A stretch of DNA of 32,000 nt from Tannockella kyphosi (GCF_021054785.1 NZ_CP088239.1:2228891-2260890); one strand, 5' to 3'; shown: positions 8,178 to 18,606, counted from the stretch's first letter. The notes: generated by a model not told the origin, from the letters alone. Numbers and translations: made by a program.

Positions 8178-11100
8178 ATGGCAAACACAAATAATTTTTC
8201 TGCAATACAAATTGGTTTAGCTTCTTCTGAAAAAATTCGTCAGTGGTCTTTTGGTGAAGTAAAAAAACCAGAAACAATTAACTATCGTTCTCAAAAACCA
8301 GAAAGGGACGGATTATTCTGTGAAAAGATTTTCGGTCCTTCAAAGGATTGGGAATGTAGCTGTGGTAAATACAAAAAAGTGAGATATAAAGGTGTTGTAT
8401 GTGATCGTTGTGGTGTAGAAGTAACAAAATCTGCCGTAAGACGTGAACGTATGGGACATATTGAATTGGCTACGCCAATTGCTCATATTTGGTATTTAAA
8501 AGGGATTCCTTCAAGAATGGGTCTTATCTTAGATATGTCACCGAAACAATTAGAAGCAATTATTTATTTTGTTTCTTATGTTGTTATTGATAAAGGAACT
8601 ACACCATTAGAGTATAAACAAGTTTTATCAGATAGAGATTATCGTAAATGTTATGAACAATTTGGAAACTCTTTTAAAGCCCAAATTGGTGCGGAAGCAA
8701 TTCAAACATTATTACAACAAGTAGATTTAGATGCTGAATTTGAATCAGTAACAAAAGATTTAAAAGAAGCACAAGGACAAAAAAGAACAAAACTTATTAA
8801 ACGATTAGAAGCTATTGAAGCATTCCGTAGTTCAGATAATCATCCTGATTGGATGATTATGGAAGCTTTACCCGTTATTCCACCTGATTTAAGACCAATG
8901 TTACAATTAGATGGAGGACGTTTTGCTACTAGTGATTTAAATGACTTATATCGTCGTGTTATTACACGTAATAATCGTTTAAAGAAATTATTAGAATTAG
9001 GAACACCTTCTATTATCGTACAAAATGAAAAACGTATGTTACAAGAAGCTGTTGATGCCTTAATTGATAATGGTCGTCGTTCAAAACCAATTACTGGTGC
9101 TGGCGGACGTGCTTTAAAATCATTAAGTCATACTTTAAAAGGGAAACAAGGTCGTTTCCGTCAAAACTTACTTGGTAAACGTGTTGACTATTCAGGACGT
9201 TCAGTTATCGCTGTTGGACCAGATTTAAAAATGTTCCAATGTGGTATCCCTCGTGAAATGGCATTAAACTTATTTAAACCATTCGTAATCGAAGGAATTA
9301 CTCGTCAAGAGTTAGCTACAAACATTAAATCTGCAGAACGTTTAATTGATAAAATGGATGACCGTATTTGGCCAATCGTTGAAGAAGTAATCAAAGAACA
9401 CCCAGTATTATTAAACCGTGCACCAACATTACACCGTTTAGGGATTCAAGCATTTGAACCTAAATTAGTAGAAGGTCGTGCAATTCGTTTACATCCATTA
9501 GTAACACCTGCATTTAATGCCGACTTTGATGGAGACCAAATGGCTGTCCATGTTCCTTTAGGAAAAGAAGCAATTCAAGAAGCTCGTCAATTAATGTTAG
9601 GTTCTAACAATATCTTAGGTCCAAAAGATGGAAAACCTATCGTTACTCCATCTCAGGATATGGTACTTGGGAACTACTATTTAACTTTAGAAGATCCTCA
9701 AGCTCCTGGTGAAGGTTCTATCTTTGCAGATAGAAGTGAAGTAATGCATGCATATAATGCAAAAGCTGTTCATTTACATTCACGTATTGCTATTCGTGCG
9801 AGTGCTTTAGAAAACCGTACGTTTACAGAAGCTCAAAATAGTAATTTTTTAATTACTACTGTTGGGAAAGTATTCTTTAATGAAATTTTTGATGGGGCAT
9901 TCCCATTCATTAATGAACCAGGAATGGATAACTTAGTTGCTACTCCTGATAAATATTTTGTTCCTACAGGAACAAATATTAAAGAACATATTGCTAGTCA
10001 AAAAATTGTGAAACCTTTAAATAAAAAAGCATTAGAAAGAATCATCAATGAAGTGTTCAAAAACTCAGAGATGTCAAATACAAGTATTATGCTTGATAAA
10101 CTAAAAGATCAAGGTTTCTACTATTCTACGATTGCTGGTATTACTGTATCGGTATACGATATCCAAGTACCGGAAGCAAAATATGCTTTATTTGATAAAG
10201 CAGATGCTAAATTAGAAGAAATCAAAGGATATTATCGTAAAGGTAAAATCACGGAAGAAGAAAGAAAACAAATTGTTATCCGTTTATGGAATAACGTAAA
10301 AGACCAAGTACAGGACGTAGTTAAAGAAGAGTTCGAAGCTGATACTAAGAATCCAATCTTCATCATGTCTGACTCTGGTGCCCGTGGGAATATCTCAAAC
10401 TTTACGCAGCTAGTAGGTATGCGTGGTCTGATGTCCAATCCAAAAGGGGAAACAATTGAGTTACCTATCAAATCTTCCTTCAGAGAAGGTTTAACTGCAT
10501 CGGAATTCTTTATCTCGACACATGGTGCCAGAAAAGGATCTACCGATACTGCCTTAAAGACAGCCGATTCAGGTTACTTAACAAGACGTTTAGTAGACGT
10601 TTCTCAAGAAGTAATTGTTTCAGAAGAAGATTGTCATACTGACCGTGGATTCATGGTTGCAGCATTAACAAATACAAGTGATGGTTCAATAATCGTGCCT
10701 TTAAAAGACCGTTTAATTGGACGTTATTCACAAAAAGATATCGTCCATCCAGAAACAGGTGCATTAATTGTTGGGGCTAGTGAAATAATTACAGAAATAA
10801 TTGCAGATGAAATTGATCTTGCAGGTATTCAAGAAGTTGAAATCCGTTCTGTATTAGGATGTAGTTCAAAACGTGGTGTATGTCAAAAATGTTATGGTCG
10901 TAACTTAGCAACTGGTGAAGTTGTAGAAGTTGGTGAAACAGTTGGTATTATGGCTGCACAATCAATCGGAGAACCTGGTACACAGTTAACAATGCGTACT
11001 TTCCACATGGGTGGGGTTGCCGGTGGTGCCGATATCACACAAGGGTTACCTCGTATCCAAGAGTTATTTGAAGCAAGAAACCCAAAAGCAAAATCAATCA

Positions 11101-11837
11101 TTAGTGAAATCGATGGAACAGTAACTGCTATTGTTGACAATGGTGGTCGTAGTGAAGTTGTTGTTACTAACGATTTAGAAACAAAAACATACTTAGCTCC
11201 TTATGGTGCTAAACTTCGTGTAAGTGTAGATGATACAATCAAAGTCGGTGCAAAAGTAACAGAAGGTTCTATTGATCCTAAAGAGTTATTAGCTGTAGCA
11301 GACTTAGAAACAGTAGAAAACTATATCTTAAAAGAAGTACAAAAAGTATATCGTATTCAAGGGATTGAAATTTCTGATAAACATATCGAAGTTATTGTAA
11401 AACAAATGTTACGTAAAATGCGTATTGTAGAAGGTGGGGACACTGGATCATTACCAGGAACACACATTAATGTTACTGACTTTACTGAATTAAATAGAGA
11501 ATCTTTAATTAATGGAGGACGTCCTGCAGTAGCTAGACCAATCTTATTAGGGATTACAAAAGCTTCTTTAGAAACAGAATCATTCTTATCTGCTGCTTCT
11601 TTCCAAGAAACAACAAAAATCTTAACAGATGCATCAATTAAAGGTAAAAAAGATTACTTAACAGGATTAAAAGAAAATGTATTAATTGGTAAATTATTAC
11701 CAGCTGGTACAGGTTTACGTGGTCCTTTACAAGCAAAAGAAGAAATAGAAGAAAAAGAAGTTTATGATGATGACGAAGAAGCAGATCAATACTTCAATGA
11801 TTATGATGAGTACTTAAAAGAAGAACAAGTGGGTTAA
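8178..11837 (+). CDS. rpoC: DNA-directed RNA polymerase subunit beta'
   Basis: 1219 aa. Zn-finger [23 protein letters not shown], catalytic [30 protein letters not shown] and trigger-loop [20 protein letters not shown]. Confidence 0.98.
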   Translation: MANTNNFSAIQIGLASSEKIRQWSFGEVKKPETINYRSQKPERDGLFCEKIFGPSKDWECSCGKYKKVRYKGVVCDRCGVEVTKSAVRRERMGHIELATPIAHIWYLKGIPSRMGLILDMSPKQLEAIIYFVSYVVIDKGTTPLEYKQVLSDRDYRKCYEQFGNSFKAQIGAEAIQTLLQQVDLDAEFESVTKDLKEAQGQKRTKLIKRLEAIEAFRSSDNHPDWMIMEALPVIPPDLRPMLQLDGGRFATSDLNDLYRRVITRNNRLKKLLELGTPSIIVQNEKRMLQEAVDALIDNGRRSKPITGAGGRALKSLSHTLKGKQGRFRQNLLGKRVDYSGRSVIAVGPDLKMFQCGIPREMALNLFKPFVIEGITRQELATNIKSAERLIDKMDDRIWPIVEEVIKEHPVLLNRAPTLHRLGIQAFEPKLVEGRAIRLHPLVTPAFNADFDGDQMAVHVPLGKEAIQEARQLMLGSNNILGPKDGKPIVTPSQDMVLGNYYLTLEDPQAPGEGSIFADRSEVMHAYNAKAVHLHSRIAIRASALENRTFTEAQNSNFLITTVGKVFFNEIFDGAFPFINEPGMDNLVATPDKYFVPTGTNIKEHIASQKIVKPLNKKALERIINEVFKNSEMSNTSIMLDKLKDQGFYYSTIAGITVSVYDIQVPEAKYALFDKADAKLEEIKGYYRKGKITEEERKQIVIRLWNNVKDQVQDVVKEEFEADTKNPIFIMSDSGARGNISNFTQLVGMRGLMSNPKGETIELPIKSSFREGLTASEFFISTHGARKGSTDTALKTADSGYLTRRLVDVSQEVIVSEEDCHTDRGFMVAALTNTSDGSIIVPLKDRLIGRYSQKDIVHPETGALIVGASEIITEIIADEIDLAGIQEVEIRSVLGCSSKRGVCQKCYGRNLATGEVVEVGETVGIMAAQSIGEPGTQLTMRTFHMGGVAGGADITQGLPRIQELFEARNPKAKSIISEIDGTVTAIVDNGGRSEVVVTNDLETKTYLAPYGAKLRVSVDDTIKVGAKVTEGSIDPKELLAVADLETVENYILKEVQKVYRIQGIEISDKHIEVIVKQMLRKMRIVEGGDTGSLPGTHINVTDFTELNRESLINGGRPAVARPILLGITKASLETESFLSAASFQETTKILTDASIKGKKDYLTGLKENVLIGKLLPAGTGLRGPLQAKEEIEEKEVYDDDEEADQYFNDYDEYLKEEQVG

Positions 11838-11855
11838 CTCCTACTTGTTTTTTTT
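11825..11855 (+). terminator. rho-independent terminator overlapping the rpoC stop
   Basis: ACAAGTGGG (11825-11833) pairs with CCTACTTGT (11840-11848, one G-U), followed by a 7-T run to 11855. Confidence 0.65.
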
Positions 11856-11856
11856 G

Positions 11857-11892
11857 GCGCTTTAAAATCTAGCGGGGTTTAGCATAAAAAAG
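11857..11892. repeat. left terminal inverted repeat of the ISL3 element
   Basis: The left end is GCGCTTTAAAATCTAGCGGGGTTTAGCATAAAAAAG. The reverse complement of 13372-13412 is GCGCTTTAAATCTAGTGTGGGGTGATTTTATGCAAAAAAAG. A further internal match is TGCGAACATAAATTA (11942-11956) against the reverse complement of 13337-13351 (TGCGAACAAAATTA). Confidence 0.7.
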
Positions 11893-11938
11893 CTTTAAAA
11901 TAGAGCGGGGATAATCTTCCCCGCTCTATTTTTAAAGC
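11892..11938. terminator. near-perfect palindrome made of two IR-like motifs; probable bidirectional terminator
   Basis: GCTTTAAAATAGAGCGGGGA (11892-11911) and TCCCCGCTCTATTTTTAAAGC (11918-11938) are reverse complements apart from one extra T. The GC-rich core AGAGCGGGGA/TCCCCGCTCT is flanked by T runs on both strands. It lies 27 nt downstream of the transposase stop. Confidence 0.6.
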
Positions 11939-11964
11939 CAATGCGAACATAAATTACAGTTTTT

Positions 11965-13320
11965 TTATTTTTTCGATTTTTTGTAGGGTCCCCTTGGTGA
12001 TCCTACTCTTTTTATTCTGGTAGAATGTTCACTTATAGTATATGTTTCGTATAAGTTTTGAGAGTAGATGAACTTATTTCGGGCTCTTTGGAAATTACTT
12101 AGCCCATTCCCGTTGCTTATGATCTTTTTGATATAGTTGTTTTTCCCTTCTATAGGTCCATTGGATAATCTTCGATTATCTATCCAGTGAAAAGAATTTA
12201 ATATCTCTACTTTCCAATTTTTTAAAGTGCTTGCACAGTCTATCATTTCTTGGATGTTGGATAGAAGCATCTTCTTGATTAAAGAATCTAATTCTTGTTC
12301 TTTCTTTTCTCTGGAAACAAATGTAGTTGAGTCATCATCTTGAAAAGCAATAAACTCTTCTTTTATCTTATATGCGTTATGTAAAACATCGCTAATATTT
12401 AATAGCTCTCTTAGTAGTGCTGTTTTTGTGGTTGTATACTTTAGTAAGTAATCATAGTATAAATTCTCAAAGTCTAGAGTGTCCTTATTTTTTAATAGTA
12501 TGTAATATCTACTTTTGAGCAGTTTATATTCTAATTTGTCTTTATCTTCACTAAAGGAACGCATAATACGTTTTCTCACACTGTTCAAAGAATCAGTTAC
12601 TTTTTTTGTTGCATGGAATGGATCAATAGAAATAACTGCATCGGGAAAGAAAATATGTGCTATATCAGCATAATTTTGATACATATCAATGATAATATAT
12701 TTTACTTTCTCTCTTTCTTTTAAAGGAATACTAAAAAAATAGTTGGTTAAGTCTTCGTTCCATCTAGATTCTACTATATCAATAATATACTTTTTACGAA
12801 AATCCATGATCATAAAAGCGTATTTTTTTTCAGCGTGTCGGTTGAAATAAAATTCATCCCAACAGAGTATATCGGTTAATTGTTTTCTAGGTATTTGAAC
12901 ATGTTTGTCAAAAATATCAACAACTGTACCAACAGAAACATGATACTTAGAAGCAATACTAGAATAGGTAGCTGTATAAGGCTTCAAGTCATTTAATATA
13001 TTAATGATAGTAGTAGGAGTTAGTGTTTTTCTACTGTTTCCAAAAGGATTAGGTTCAATAAAAGTTTTCTTACAGTGATTGCATTTATAACGACGCTGAC
13101 GATAGAATATAGTAGTATCACAATGAATAATAACTTTATGTTTTAATTCTCTAGTTTTATAATCTTTTACAGTGCTTGTAATGGAACCACAGTGAGGACA
13201 GACTTGTTTTCTTTGTTTGAAAGTTACTAGGAAATCAGAATGATTTGATTGAACAACAGAATCAATGAATTGTATATCTTGTGCTTTTAAATCTAAAAGA
13301 TTAATGATAAAATCGTACAT
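11965..13320 (-). CDS. ISL3-family transposase (intact)
   Basis: 451 aa. N-terminal zinc-finger CPHCGS...YKCNHC and HTH region, then the DDE_Tnp_ISL3 layout: ILCWDEFYF, IIIDMYQNY, IDPFHA and the C-terminal SNGPIEGKNNYIKKI...LSNFQRARNKF. No frameshifts or internal stops. Confidence 0.88.
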   Translation of the reverse strand: MYDFIINLLDLKAQDIQFIDSVVQSNHSDFLVTFKQRKQVCPHCGSITSTVKDYKTRELKHKVIIHCDTTIFYRQRRYKCNHCKKTFIEPNPFGNSRKTLTPTTIINILNDLKPYTATYSSIASKYHVSVGTVVDIFDKHVQIPRKQLTDILCWDEFYFNRHAEKKYAFMIMDFRKKYIIDIVESRWNEDLTNYFFSIPLKEREKVKYIIIDMYQNYADIAHIFFPDAVISIDPFHATKKVTDSLNSVRKRIMRSFSEDKDKLEYKLLKSRYYILLKNKDTLDFENLYYDYLLKYTTTKTALLRELLNISDVLHNAYKIKEEFIAFQDDDSTTFVSREKKEQELDSLIKKMLLSNIQEMIDCASTLKNWKVEILNSFHWIDNRRLSNGPIEGKNNYIKKIISNGNGLSNFQRARNKFIYSQNLYETYTISEHSTRIKRVGSPRGPYKKSKK

Positions 13321-13374
13321 AGAATCTCCTTTCTTTTAATTTTGTTCGCAAACTAATTATAACAGGAGATTCTT
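13321..13374 (-). promoter_or_regulatory. transposase 5' region: RBS-sequestering stem with a -10 element inside the loop
   Basis: AGAATCTCCT (13321-13330) and AGGAGATTCT (13365-13374) are perfect 10-nt reverse complements. On the minus strand the 3' arm is the AGGAG Shine-Dalgarno directly before the ATG. The minus-strand TGT-TATAAT (extended -10; hexamer at 13356-13361) lies between the arms. Confidence 0.55.
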
Positions 13375-13412
13375 TTTTTGCATAAAATCACCCCACACTA
13401 GATTTAAAGCGC
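13372..13412. repeat. right terminal inverted repeat of the ISL3 element
   Basis: See the left IR entry. The terminal 22 nt match with one 1-nt gap and a CG vs TGTG difference. Confidence 0.7.
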
Positions 13413-13432
13413 TAAATTTAAGCGAAAGAAAA

Positions 13433-13455
13433 GACCCCGACTTATATTTAAAGCC
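13433..13455. repeat. extra solo copy of the IS terminal-repeat motif
   Basis: GACCCCGACTTATATTTAAAGCC has the reverse complement GGCTTTAAATATAAGTCGGGGTC, which resembles the IR start GCGCTTTAAAATCTAGCGGGGT. Confidence 0.5.
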
Positions 13456-13463
13456 TAGGTCCT

Positions 13464-13481
13464 TCCCCGCGATAATTTAAT
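13464..13481. repeat. degenerate copy of the IS terminal-repeat motif
   Basis: TCCCCGCGATAATTTAAT has the reverse complement ATTAAATTATCGCGGGGA. Compare TTTAAAATAGAGCGGGGA at 11894-11911. Confidence 0.35.
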
Positions 13482-13516
13482 ATACCTTTTTTTTTTATCT
13501 TTTTTAACAAAATATA

Positions 13517-13545
13517 TTGACTTTATCATAAAAATATTCTATTAT
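13517..13545 (+). promoter_or_regulatory. candidate sigma-A promoter of the str operon (rpsL-rpsG-fusA-tuf)
   Basis: TTGACT (13517-13522), exactly 17-bp spacer, TATTAT (13540-13545). An A/T-rich upstream tract is present. It lies about 90 nt before the rpsL ATG. Confidence 0.6.
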
Positions 13546-13634
13546 TGTTTTCGGTGCCTGTAATAGGTACAAATATAAATGATATTTATGAAACACACGG
13601 AATAGTGTGTTTGATGAGAAAGGAGAACCAAAGA

Positions 13635-14048
13635 ATGCCTACAATTAACCAATTAGTAAGAAAAGGTCGTACGGACAAAACAACAAAATCAAAATCACCA
13701 GCGTTAAATAGAGGTTTAAACTCTTTAGCTAAAAAAACTACTGAAACTAAATCACCTCAAAAACGTGGTGTTTGTACTCGTGTTGCTACTATGACACCTA
13801 AAAAACCTAACTCGGCTTTACGTAAATATGCCCGTGTTAGATTATCTAACGGTATGGAAGTAACAGCTTATATCCCAGGGATCGGACACAACTTACAAGA
13901 ACATAGTGTTGTATTAATCCGTGGAGGACGTGTTAAAGACTTACCAGGGGTTCGTTACCATATTATTCGTGGTACAATGGACTGTGCTGGAGTTGCTAAC
14001 CGTAAACAAAGCCGCTCTTTATATGGAGCAAAAAGACCAAAACAATAA
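13635..14048 (+). CDS. rpsL: 30S ribosomal protein S12
   Basis: The true start is the ATG at 13635 ([12 protein letters not shown]), preceded by AAAGGAGAA. The 13545 start in the ORF track is a TTG-initiated upstream extension with no S12 homology. The Lys residues at [11 protein letters not shown] and [12 protein letters not shown] are wild-type. Confidence 0.96.
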   Translation: MPTINQLVRKGRTDKTTKSKSPALNRGLNSLAKKTTETKSPQKRGVCTRVATMTPKKPNSALRKYARVRLSNGMEVTAYIPGIGHNLQEHSVVLIRGGRVKDLPGVRYHIIRGTMDCAGVANRKQSRSLYGAKRPKQ

Positions 14049-14076
14049 TCAAGTATATTAAGAAGGAGGAAAAAGT

Positions 14077-14547
14077 ATGTCAAGAAAAGGACAAATCGCA
14101 AAAAGAGATGTTTTACCTGATCCAGTGTACAATTCGAAAACTATTTCTAAGTTAATCAATAACATTATGCTTGATGGTAAAAAAGGTGTTGCACAAAACA
14201 TCTTATATGATGCATTTAATAAAATTGAAGTAAAAACTGGAAAACCAGCAATGGAAGTTTTTGATCAAGCTATCAACAACATTATGCCAGTTCTTGAGTT
14301 AAAAGTGAGACGTGTTGGTGGAGCTAACTACCAAGTACCAGTTGAAGTTTCTAACGAAAGAAGAATGACATTAGGTTTAAGATGGTTAGTAAATTATTCT
14401 CGTTTAAGAAACGAAAACACAATGGTGGATCGTTTAGCAAACGAAATTATTGATGCTTCTAACGGAGCAGGTGCTTCTGTTAAAAAGAAAGAAGACACTC
14501 ATAAAATGGCTGAAGCTAATAAAGCATTCGCTCATTTCCGTTGGTAA
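14077..14547 (+). CDS. rpsG: 30S ribosomal protein S7
   Basis: 156 aa. [53 protein letters not shown]. Confidence 0.96.
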   Translation: MSRKGQIAKRDVLPDPVYNSKTISKLINNIMLDGKKGVAQNILYDAFNKIEVKTGKPAMEVFDQAINNIMPVLELKVRRVGGANYQVPVEVSNERRMTLGLRWLVNYSRLRNENTMVDRLANEIIDASNGAGASVKKKEDTHKMAEANKAFAHFRW

Positions 14548-14580
14548 AATAAGTTTAAATAAACTAGAAGGGAGACTATT

Positions 14581-16656
14581 ATGGCTCGTGAATTTTCATT
14601 AGAAAAAACTCGTAATATAGGTATCATGGCTCATATTGATGCTGGTAAAACAACAACAACTGAACGTGTACTTTATTACACTGGTAAAATCCACAAAATC
14701 GGAGAAACTCATGAAGGAGCTTCTCAAATGGACTGGATGGAACAAGAGCAAGAACGTGGAATTACAATTACATCTGCTGCAACTACTGCACAATGGAATG
14801 GTTACCGCGTAAACATCATCGACACTCCAGGTCACGTTGACTTCACTGTAGAAGTAGAACGTTCTTTACGTGTATTAGATGGTGCTGTTACAGTATTAGA
14901 CTCTAAAGCTGGAGTTGAACCTCAAACTGAAACAGTTTGGCGTCAAGCTACAACTTATGGAGTACCACGTATCGTATTCTGTAACAAAATGGATGCAACA
15001 GGTGCTGATTTTATCATGTCTGTTGAATCATTAGGAAAAAGATTAGCTGCTAATGCAGTTGCTATTCAATTACCAATTGGTGCAGAAGATCACTTTGAAG
15101 GAATTATTGACTTAATCAGAATGGTTGCAGTTTATAATACCGATGAAAAAGGTGAACATCAAGAAGATAGACCTATCCCTGACGATATGTTAGAGTTAGC
15201 TCAAGAATATCATGCTAAAATGTTAGATGCTGCTGCATCTTACGATGATGATCTTATGATGAAAGTATTAGAAGAAGAAGAAGTAACAGAAGCTGAAATC
15301 AAAGCTGCTATCCGTAAAGGTGTATTAGCTGTAGATTTATTCCCAGTAATCTGTGGTTCTGCTTATAAAAACAAAGGTGTTCAACAAATGTTAGATGCAG
15401 TTATTGATTTCTTACCTGCACCAACAGATATCGAATCTATCAAAGGAATCGATGAAAATGAAAATGAAATTGCTAGACATGCAGATGATGATGAACCATT
15501 CTCAGCATTAGCTTTCAAAATCATGGCTGACCCATTTGTAGGAAGATTAACTTTCTTCCGTGTATATTCAGGTACTGTTGAATCTGGATCATACGTATTA
15601 AACTCAACAAAAGATAAAAAAGAACGTTTAGGACGTATTCTTCAAATGCATGCGAATAAACGTGAAGAAATTCAAAAAGTATATGCAGGAGATATCGCTG
15701 CAGCAGTTGGTTTCAAAAACACAACTACTGGAGATACTATCTGTGATGAAAAGAATTTCGTTATCTTAGAAAAAATGGAATTCCCAGAACCAGTTATCGA
15801 ACTTGCTATTGAACCAAAAACAAAACAAGACCAAGATAAATTAGGTTTAGGATTATCTAAATTAGCGGAAGAAGATCCAACATTTAGAACATTTACTAAC
15901 CCAGAAACTGGAGATACAGTTATCGCTGGTATGGGTGAGTTACATTTAGATGTAATCGTTGACCGTTTAAGAAGAGAATACAAAGTAGAAGCAAACGTAG
16001 GAGCTCCACAAGTAGCATATAGAGAAACAATTAAATCTAGTGCTGAATGTGAAGGTAAATATGTAAAACAATCAGGTGGACGTGGACAATACGGACACGT
16101 ATGGATCAAATACGAACCTAATGAAGGTAAAGGATTTGAATTCGTTGATGCTATCGTTGGGGGATCTGTACCAAGAGAATATATCAACTCAATCCGTGTA
16201 GGATTAGAAGATGCATTAGCTACAGGTATGATCGCTGGTTATCCAGTATTAGATATCAAAGCAACATTATTCGATGGTTCTTACCATGATGTCGATTCTT
16301 CGGAAATGGCATATAAAGTTGCTGCAAGTATGTCTTTAAAAGCTGCAGGTAAAAAATGTGATCCTGTAATTTTAGAACCAATCATGGCAGTAGAAGTAAC
16401 AGCACCTGCTGAATACTTAGGTAGCGTAATGGGTGACGTGTCATCTAGACGTGGTATGATCGAAGGACAAGAAGAAAGAGGAAACGCGATTACAGTACAA
16501 TCAAGTGTACCTTTATCAGAAATGTTCGGTTATGCAACTGATTTACGTTCATTCACTCAAGGACGTGGTAACTACACAATGATCTTCGATCGTTATGAAC
16601 CAGTTCCAAAGAGTATTCGTGATGAAATTATCAAGAAAAATGGTGGAAATAAGTAA
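14581..16656 (+). CDS. fusA: elongation factor G
   Basis: 691 aa. G-domain motifs [14 protein letters not shown] and NKMD, plus the EF-G domain IV/V signatures ([17 protein letters not shown]). Confidence 0.97.
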   Translation: MAREFSLEKTRNIGIMAHIDAGKTTTTERVLYYTGKIHKIGETHEGASQMDWMEQEQERGITITSAATTAQWNGYRVNIIDTPGHVDFTVEVERSLRVLDGAVTVLDSKAGVEPQTETVWRQATTYGVPRIVFCNKMDATGADFIMSVESLGKRLAANAVAIQLPIGAEDHFEGIIDLIRMVAVYNTDEKGEHQEDRPIPDDMLELAQEYHAKMLDAAASYDDDLMMKVLEEEEVTEAEIKAAIRKGVLAVDLFPVICGSAYKNKGVQQMLDAVIDFLPAPTDIESIKGIDENENEIARHADDDEPFSALAFKIMADPFVGRLTFFRVYSGTVESGSYVLNSTKDKKERLGRILQMHANKREEIQKVYAGDIAAAVGFKNTTTGDTICDEKNFVILEKMEFPEPVIELAIEPKTKQDQDKLGLGLSKLAEEDPTFRTFTNPETGDTVIAGMGELHLDVIVDRLRREYKVEANVGAPQVAYRETIKSSAECEGKYVKQSGGRGQYGHVWIKYEPNEGKGFEFVDAIVGGSVPREYINSIRVGLEDALATGMIAGYPVLDIKATLFDGSYHDVDSSEMAYKVAASMSLKAAGKKCDPVILEPIMAVEVTAPAEYLGSVMGDVSSRRGMIEGQEERGNAITVQSSVPLSEMFGYATDLRSFTQGRGNYTMIFDRYEPVPKSIRDEIIKKNGGNK

Positions 16657-16668
16657 TACAAATAGGTA

Positions 16669-16697
16669 TTGATTTTTACCAATAAATACTTTAAAAT
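16669..16697 (+). promoter_or_regulatory. candidate internal promoter for tuf
   Basis: TTGATT (16669-16674), 17-bp spacer, TAAAAT (16692-16697), in the 83-nt fusA-tuf gap. Confidence 0.35.
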
Positions 16698-16739
16698 GTA
16701 TTTGTACAAAAAATAGAACTTATATAGGAGGAACCTTAA

Positions 16740-17924
16740 ATGGCTAAAGAAAAATTTGACCGATCAAAAGCACATGTTAATATCGGAACTATTGGTCACG
16801 TTGACCACGGTAAAACAACATTAACTGCTGCTATTACTACAGTATTATCAAAAGACGGAGGAGCACAAGCAATGGATTACGCTGCTATCGATGCTGCCCC
16901 AGAAGAAAAAGAACGTGGAATTACAATCAACACTGCTCACGTTGAGTACCAAACTGAATCTCGTCACTATGCTCATGTTGACTGTCCAGGTCATGCTGAC
17001 TACATCAAAAACATGATCACTGGTGCTGCACAAATGGATGGAGCTATCTTAGTAGTTGCTGCTACTGATGGACCTATGCCTCAAACTAGAGAACATATCT
17101 TATTATCTCGTCAAGTAGGTGTACCTTACATCATCGTATTCTTAAACAAATGCGATATGGTTGATGACGAAGAATTATTAGAATTAGTAGAAATGGAAGT
17201 TAGAGAATTATTAGCTGACTACGATTTCCCAGGTGATGACACTCCAGTTATCAAAGGATCTGCATTAAAAGCTTTAGAAGGAGATGACCAATGGGTACCA
17301 GCAATTCATGAATTAATGGCTGCTGTAGATTCATATATTCCAACTCCAACTAGAGATACTGACAAACCATTCTTAATGCCAGTAGAAGACGTTTTCACAA
17401 TCACAGGTCGTGGAACTGTTGCTACAGGAAGAGTAGAACGTGGACAAGTTAAATTAAATGATGAATTAGAAATCATTGGTATCACTGATACTGGTAAAAC
17501 AGTTGCTACAGGTATCGAAATGTTCCGTAAATTATTAGATTACGCAGAAGCAGGAGATAACGTAGGGGTTTTATTAAGAGGTGTTAACCGTGAACAAATC
17601 CAACGTGGACAAGTATTAGCTAAACCTGGTTCAGTTAATCCACACAAAAAATTCAAATGTCAAGTTTATATCTTATCAAAAGAAGAAGGCGGACGTCATA
17701 CTCCATTCTTTGGAAACTATAGACCACAATTCTATTTCAGAACTACTGACGTAACTGGTGTAATCGAGTTACCAGAAGGTGTTGAAATGGTAATGCCTGG
17801 AGATAACGTAGAAATTACTGTAGATTTAATTTCACCAATCGCTATCGAAGAAGGTACTAAATTCTCAATCCGTGAAGGTGGTAGAACTGTTGGTGCTGGT
17901 AACGTTTCAAACATTATTGAATAA
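16740..17924 (+). CDS. tuf: elongation factor Tu
   Basis: 394 aa. [22 protein letters not shown] and the full EF-Tu domain II/III sequence. TAGGAGGA RBS. Confidence 0.98.
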   Translation: MAKEKFDRSKAHVNIGTIGHVDHGKTTLTAAITTVLSKDGGAQAMDYAAIDAAPEEKERGITINTAHVEYQTESRHYAHVDCPGHADYIKNMITGAAQMDGAILVVAATDGPMPQTREHILLSRQVGVPYIIVFLNKCDMVDDEELLELVEMEVRELLADYDFPGDDTPVIKGSALKALEGDDQWVPAIHELMAAVDSYIPTPTRDTDKPFLMPVEDVFTITGRGTVATGRVERGQVKLNDELEIIGITDTGKTVATGIEMFRKLLDYAEAGDNVGVLLRGVNREQIQRGQVLAKPGSVNPHKKFKCQVYILSKEEGGRHTPFFGNYRPQFYFRTTDVTGVIELPEGVEMVMPGDNVEITVDLISPIAIEEGTKFSIREGGRTVGAGNVSNIIE

Positions 17925-17940
17925 TTGTTACTTAAACTTT

Positions 17941-17968
17941 AAAAGATACTGCATGCAGTATCTTTTTT
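17941..17968 (+). terminator. rho-independent terminator after tuf
   Basis: Palindrome AGATACTGCATGCAGTATCT followed by TTTTTT. Confidence 0.8.
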
Positions 17969-18056
17969 AATTGTCTTTTCAGAAGAAAACATACATCTTC
18001 TTTCTAGTTGTTTACACAATTATTTTATTTCGTAAATAGAAAAAAAGCATATTTAG

Positions 18057-18086
18057 TTGAAAATATGAGCTTAATTATGGTATTAT
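18057..18086 (+). promoter_or_regulatory. candidate promoter of the EIIA gene
   Basis: TTGAAA (18057-18062), 18-bp spacer ending in TGG, then TATTAT (18081-18086), which makes it extended -10-like. Confidence 0.4.
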
Positions 18087-18136
18087 ATATAGGCAGATAG
18101 AAATCTGAAATTTAGGTAATATAAGGAGACACCGAA

Positions 18137-18445
18137 ATGGATGCACAAGAACAAATCGTAATTAACTTAATCGTAAACAGTGGTAGCGCACGTAGCTCAG
18201 CTATTGAAGCGATTCAATATGCAAAAGCGGGAGATCAAGCAAAAGCTGAAGAGTCTTTACAACAAGCAAAAGAAACTGTAAACGAAGCTCATCATGCACA
18301 AACTGAATTAATCCAAGCTGAAATCCGTGGAGAAAAAGCACCATTAAACTTATTAATGGTACATGCTCAAGATCATTTAATGACTTCTTTAGTTGTTATT
18401 GACTTAGCACAAGAATTTATTGACTTATATAACAAAGTTGGATAG
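18137..18445 (+). CDS. PTS lactose/cellobiose-family EIIA component (stand-alone)
   Basis: 102 aa with the three-helix PTS_IIA (LacF/ChbA/LicA) pattern: SGSARS near the N-terminus and the phosphorylation-site motif LLMVHAQDHLM (His76, Asp79). AAGGAGA RBS. No EIIB or EIIC gene is adjacent. Confidence 0.85.
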   Translation: MDAQEQIVINLIVNSGSARSSAIEAIQYAKAGDQAKAEESLQQAKETVNEAHHAQTELIQAEIRGEKAPLNLLMVHAQDHLMTSLVVIDLAQEFIDLYNKVG

Positions 18446-18469
18446 TCAATAAAACAACAGAATAACATA

Positions 18470-18499
18470 AAAAACAATCATTAATTTGATTGTTTTTTT
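18470..18499 (+). terminator. AT-rich terminator after the EIIA gene
   Basis: AAAAACAATCA-TTAATT-TGATTGTTTTT stem followed by a T run. Confidence 0.5.
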
Positions 18500-18577
18500 G
18501 TTTAAAAAGCCCCAAAAACATAAAAAAGAATGATAGAATCAAAGGAAAATGAAGGAATAAAAAAAGCATAAAAAAGC

Positions 18578-18606
18578 TTTACAAGACTAGGGTGTTATGA
18601 TATTAT
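18578..18606 (+). promoter_or_regulatory. rrn promoter P1 (copy 1)
   Basis: TTTACA, 17-bp spacer ending in TGA, then TATTAT. There is an A-rich UP-like tract upstream. Confidence 0.55.

Larger units (their letters stand above)
11857..13412 (-). mobile_element. ISL3-family insertion sequence (about 1.56 kb) in the rpoC-rpsL intergenic region
   Basis: A single 451-aa ISL3-type transposase is bracketed by imperfect inverted repeats beginning GCGCTTTAAA(A)TCTAG at both ends (11857 inward, 13412 inward). The exact ends are uncertain because additional repeat copies flank the element and no target-site duplication is visible. Confidence 0.8.

Noticed and set aside
7990-11837. Highly acidic C-terminal tails on beta (…[30 protein letters not shown]) and beta' (…[26 protein letters not shown]).
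   Set aside because: Acidic C-terminal extensions of RpoB and RpoC are common in Firmicutes, including B. subtilis, so this is not distinctive.
11849-13463. Target-site duplication of the ISL3 element.
   Set aside because: I compared the 8-bp flanks for each plausible pair of ends (TTTTTTTG or CATAAAAA on the left; TAAATTTA or TAGGTCCT on the right). None match, so no duplication is claimed.
13545-13634. The N-terminal extension of rpsL given in the ORF track ([13 protein letters not shown]...).
   Set aside because: It starts at a TTG overlapping the -10 box and has no RBS and no S12 homology. The canonical [12 protein letters not shown] start at 13635 has a good RBS.
591-17914. Antisense or out-of-frame ORFs of 60-171 aa inside tpiA, rplK, rplJ/rplL, rpoB, rpoC, fusA and tuf. 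Examples are 3264-3608, 4782-5171, 6897-7247 and 15672-16187.
   Set aside because: They are fully embedded in strongly conserved genes, have no RBS, and have the low-complexity composition typical of the reverse frames of AT-rich coding DNA.
18530-18571. A small in-frame ORF at the start of each rrn repeat unit: MIESKENEGIKKA at 18530-18571, and MSKRRKVAIESKENEGIKKA at 24221-24283.
   Set aside because: It has no Shine-Dalgarno, lies in the A-rich UP-element region upstream of rrn P1, and its start differs between the copies. Most likely it is a chance ORF in poly-A-rich DNA.
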